From: a virus
Lineage: Duplodnaviria > Caudoviricetes
Virus record (IMG/VR): IMGVR_UViG_3300040971_000021
Span: 1 to 58,640 of that record
Strand: one strand, 5' to 3'
Length of the DNA stretch: 58,640 nucleotides
Under the pieces are notes generated by a model. The model did not search any database. It was not told the DNA's origin and saw only the letters and a list, made by a program, of their open reading frames with translations. Both the position numbers and the translations under genes were made by a program. The number at the start of each line of letters is the position of its first letter. Position 1 is the stretch's first letter. Positions 58,018 to 58,640 of this stretch are shown here, piece after piece.

Positions 58018-58277
58018 TGACTCTATCCTATGACGAAGCGCGTTGCTCAGGCACCAACGCCGAACTCTGCCAGAAATGCGCCCGTAGAGATCCAGGGCGT
58101 GACGAATATCAGAGCCATGTTGGGCCTGAGTATGATATGCTGAATAACTTTTGCATGAACTGGATTCCGAAGGGGAATAATGAAAAATATAGCAATGGTT
58201 CCACACTCAAGACGACTGCACAAAAGAATATGGTGGCAATGGAAAATGCCATGGTGGTGGGAGCAGTTATGTTATGA
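58017..58277 (+). CDS. Cys-rich hypothetical protein
   Basis: TAATG coupling; D.ARC.G....C..C.R motif; 3' part overlaps 58180-58308. Confidence 0.5.
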   Translation: MTLSYDEARCSGTNAELCQKCARRDPGRDEYQSHVGPEYDMLNNFCMNWIPKGNNEKYSNGSTLKTTAQKNMVAMENAMVVGAVML

Positions 58278-58308
58278 GTTAAAAATACAGAGATATTACG
58301 GAGTATAA
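58180..58308 (+). CDS. small Trp-rich protein (42 aa)
   Basis: Hand-read ORF with GAAGGGGA RBS; stop TAA lies in the attC R' box. Confidence 0.4.
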   Translation: MKNIAMVPHSRRLHKRIWWQWKMPWWWEQLCYELKIQRYYGV

Positions 58309-58387
58309 CGCAAAGCTTAGCGGCAGGCCACTGGACATGGCCTGACATACTGCACGTAATCCTGTCCGCTGGAGTGACTGGTTATGC
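58303..58387 (-). mobile_element. attC integron cassette recombination site
   Basis: Minus strand GCATAAC-cagtc-ACTCCAGC-GGAC...GCC-GCTAAGC-tttgc-GTTATAC; classic attC pattern with extra bases on the R''/L'' arm. Confidence 0.8.
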
Positions 58388-58638
58388 CAATACTTGATTG
58401 CTTTACTGATGAGCAAAAATTGGCTCTTGTAAAATATGAAAATTTATCTGGCTTTGAACCTATGCACCAAGACGAGTTTGCTGCGGGGGAAATGTCATTT
58501 GAAGAATTATGGAGGTCTAACCAGCATTGGTTTCATAGCTTACAAAACGAAGTAAGTAACATAAATGCTCCAGTCGGTATTGTTGACGATGATGGGTTTG
58601 ATTTAATCCATTTTATTGATCACATTGAAAGAGCATAA
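58384..58638 (+). CDS. acidic hypothetical protein, cassette-borne
   Basis: ATG lies in GTTATGC (58381-58387) and stop lies in the complementary GCATAAC (58633-58639). Confidence 0.7.
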   Translation: MPILDCFTDEQKLALVKYENLSGFEPMHQDEFAAGEMSFEELWRSNQHWFHSLQNEVSNINAPVGIVDDDGFDLIHFIDHIERA

Positions 58639-58640
58639 CG

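Noticed and set aside
1-58640. Genome-wide TGA reassignment, suggested by the in-frame TGA at 3285
   Set aside because: TGA is a normal stop in many genes (repeated ATGA/GTGA overlaps), and long genes are intact under the standard code
1-58640. Integrase, CI repressor, intI, cas genes, reverse transcriptase/DGR
   Set aside because: No ORF shows the expected motifs; the duplicated 93-aa genes differ at mixed bases rather than only at adenines, so they are not a DGR TR/VR pair

Overview
This window looks like a near-complete ~58.6 kb tailed-phage genome. It is probably circular, since both ends read TAACG and an attC-like hairpin spans the join. The morphology is podovirus-like: P22-like portal, PBSX-type terminase, N4-gp56/933W-like capsid protein, a 3022-aa ejection-type protein and no tape measure. 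Embedded spanins indicate a Gram-negative host; the SSB and the repeat family suggest Desulfobacterota (inference). Late genes (packaging, head, tail, lysis, tRNA-Thr) lie on the minus strand at 809-39002. Early, recombination, DNA-modification and replication genes lie on the plus strand at 39313-58638 and continue into 1-354. No integrase, repressor, intI or cas gene was recognised. Main unusual elements: (1) a cas-less mini CRISPR array plus a solitary repeat in the first early operon, where a duplicated gene ends in the repeat's first 10 nt (once in the solitary repeat, once in a partial copy just before the array); (2) two integron-type gene cassettes whose genes run antisense to their attC sites; (3) an Acb1-like 2H phosphoesterase inside the giant virion protein; (4) a radical-SAM-like/GNAT-like/methyltransferase fusion; (5) a lysis-region gene with an in-frame TGA followed by a SECIS-like hairpin; (6) a two-hairpin RNA motif repeated ahead of two late gene blocks. 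All family assignments are by-eye motif recognition; no searches were run.
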